A DNA stretch of 64,000 nucleotides from an uncultured delta proteobacterium (lineage in GTDB: Bacteria > Myxococcota > Kuafuiibacteriia > Kuafuiibacteriales > Kuafuiibacteriaceae): contig CAWDML010000014.1 in the NCBI GenBank assembly GCA_963803435.1, positions 64,001-128,000 of the forward strand. Reading direction: 5' to 3'. A program made the translations under genes and the position numbers. The notes under the pieces were generated by a model. It was not told the DNA's origin. It worked only from the letters and a program-made list of their open reading frames with translations, and made no database searches. Positions 60,738 to 64,000 of this stretch are shown piece after piece. Position 1 is the stretch's first letter, and each line of letters begins with the position of its first letter.

Positions 60738-60832
60738 CTAGGAGCGTGTAGCGCGTAAGCGCTCACGCGACCCGGACCGGGACCGGGACCCGGACCGGGT
60801 CGCGTGAGCGCTTACGCGCTACACGCTCCTAG
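60738..60832. repeat. 95-bp palindrome with perfect 38-bp arms and CTAG ends (MITE/REP-like)
   Basis: CTAGGAGCGTGTAGCGCGTAAGCGCTCACGCGACCCGG at 60738-60775, its exact reverse complement at 60795-60832, 19-nt ACCGGG-repeat loop. Confidence 0.9.
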
Positions 60833-61842
60833 TGCTTCGTCGCCACCACCACCTTCGAGAGGAAGTGCGGGCGCGACGAGCTCACCTGGAACCCACAGGC
60901 CTCGAGGGTCGCCTCCAGCGGATCAGAGACGTAGGTCTTGAAGTACGGCTCGTGGTAGAGGGCCGGAAACAGGTCGAAGAAGTACTCGAGCTCGGCGCTC
61001 TCCACGCGCTGAGCCGAGTCGCAGATCACGGCGCAACCGCCGGGCCGCAGCACGCGATACATCTCCTGGAGCACGTTCATCCGAGCCGAGCGGGGGAGCT
61101 CGTGGAACAGGAAGATCGAGCTGACGGCGTCGAACGACTCGCCCGCGAACGGCATGGCCTCGGCGTTGTCGGCCACCAGCGTCACGCCGGGGATCCCGTT
61201 GAGCGTGTCGTGCGCACGACGGAGGTAGTAGGGGCTGAGATCGATCCCCGAGAGCCTCGCCTTGGGGAAGGTGCCGTGGAGCTGGCGGAGGAAGCTGCCC
61301 GTGCCGCAGGCGACGTCGAGGATGCTCGGCTGCGCCCGACCCTCGAGCGACGCGACCAGCGCCGGGATGGTCATCCGCCGCATGATCCCGGCGGTCCCGA
61401 CGAAGAGCACCTCGACCGAGACGTCGTAGTATTTGGCCGAGTGATCGCTCAGCCAGCCGTCGCTCTGCCAGTGGAAGGTCCGGAGGTAGTAGTCGGGATA
61501 GAACTCGCGGTTCTCGATGCGCGGCAGATCCTCGTGACGCTTGCGGGCCCGCCGCCAGTAGATCGAGGGGAGCTCGAAGACGCCGCGCGGAAGCAGCTTG
61601 GCGTAGCGGCCCAAGGGAAAGTCGAAGAGGAGGTCGCGCGGGTAGTAGCCAGCCGCGACGTTCGCAAGGTCCTCGTCGAGGAGGCTCCGGTAGCGACGAA
61701 GGTAGACGTCCATCAGCTCCTGCGTCGGCGCCGCTCGCGTGGGCGCGAGCATGAAGTGCCAGCTGCGCATGAGGGGCGTCAGCATGGCCGTGATGCTCAT
61801 ATGACGCGCCAGGTAGCGGACTCGATCCGTGGTGGCTCGCAT
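60829..61842 (-). CDS. class I SAM-dependent methyltransferase (UbiE-like)
   Basis: YYLRTFHWQSDGWLS, ILDVACGTG, DLSPYY, FLFHELP, RVLRPGG. Confidence 0.9.
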   Translation of the reverse strand: MRATTDRVRYLARHMSITAMLTPLMRSWHFMLAPTRAAPTQELMDVYLRRYRSLLDEDLANVAAGYYPRDLLFDFPLGRYAKLLPRGVFELPSIYWRRARKRHEDLPRIENREFYPDYYLRTFHWQSDGWLSDHSAKYYDVSVEVLFVGTAGIMRRMTIPALVASLEGRAQPSILDVACGTGSFLRQLHGTFPKARLSGIDLSPYYLRRAHDTLNGIPGVTLVADNAEAMPFAGESFDAVSSIFLFHELPRSARMNVLQEMYRVLRPGGCAVICDSAQRVESAELEYFFDLFPALYHEPYFKTYVSDPLEATLEACGFQVSSSRPHFLSKVVVATKH

Positions 61843-61849
61843 CCGCCGA

Positions 61850-64000
<2,151 letters not shown>

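Noticed and set aside
60738-60832. CRISPR array or tRNA
   Set aside because: Single palindrome with no repeat-spacer periodicity, no cloverleaf and no cas genes

Overview
GC-rich, densely coding bacterial window. The gene repertoire (sigma54 activator, Ser/Thr kinase-ECF pair, PEGA and TIGR02147 proteins, many Cys-rich lipoproteins) suggests a Myxococcota/deltaproteobacterium-like organism; this is an inference. Left to right: a partial sigma54 activator; aguB and a frameshifted aguA; a YehL/M/P/Q-like MoxR-VWA-SWIM module; a NarL-type regulator, lipoprotein, PEGA protein and TIGR02147 HTH protein with a triple GTATTC operator-like site; a 5'-nucleotidase; an NrdG-like radical SAM plus putative fvmX6 pair; a glycosyltransferase; MMPL, HAD, hydrolase and alkA genes; an esterase-propeller fusion; and a kinase-ECF pair. 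A 12 kb lipid/sterol-handling cluster follows (cholesterol-oxidase-like GMC with Tat partner, lipoprotein GMC, inactive plus active lipase pair, small Cys-rich lipoprotein, MMPL, LolA-like protein, beta-barrel, LysR). After it come an RTX/EF-hand protein with SUFU, a giant 23-repeat Calx-beta-like lipoprotein, MFS, an MBL-fold lipoprotein, hflCK, NlpC/P60, a papain-like orphan, a Cys-rich ECF, a CTAG-flanked perfect palindrome, a methyltransferase and partial gltB. I saw no rRNA, tRNA, CRISPR array or transposase. The best candidate for an undescribed system is the lipid cluster with its lipase, pseudo-lipase and Cx9C mini-lipoprotein trio. All family calls come from motif recognition by eye, not from database searches.
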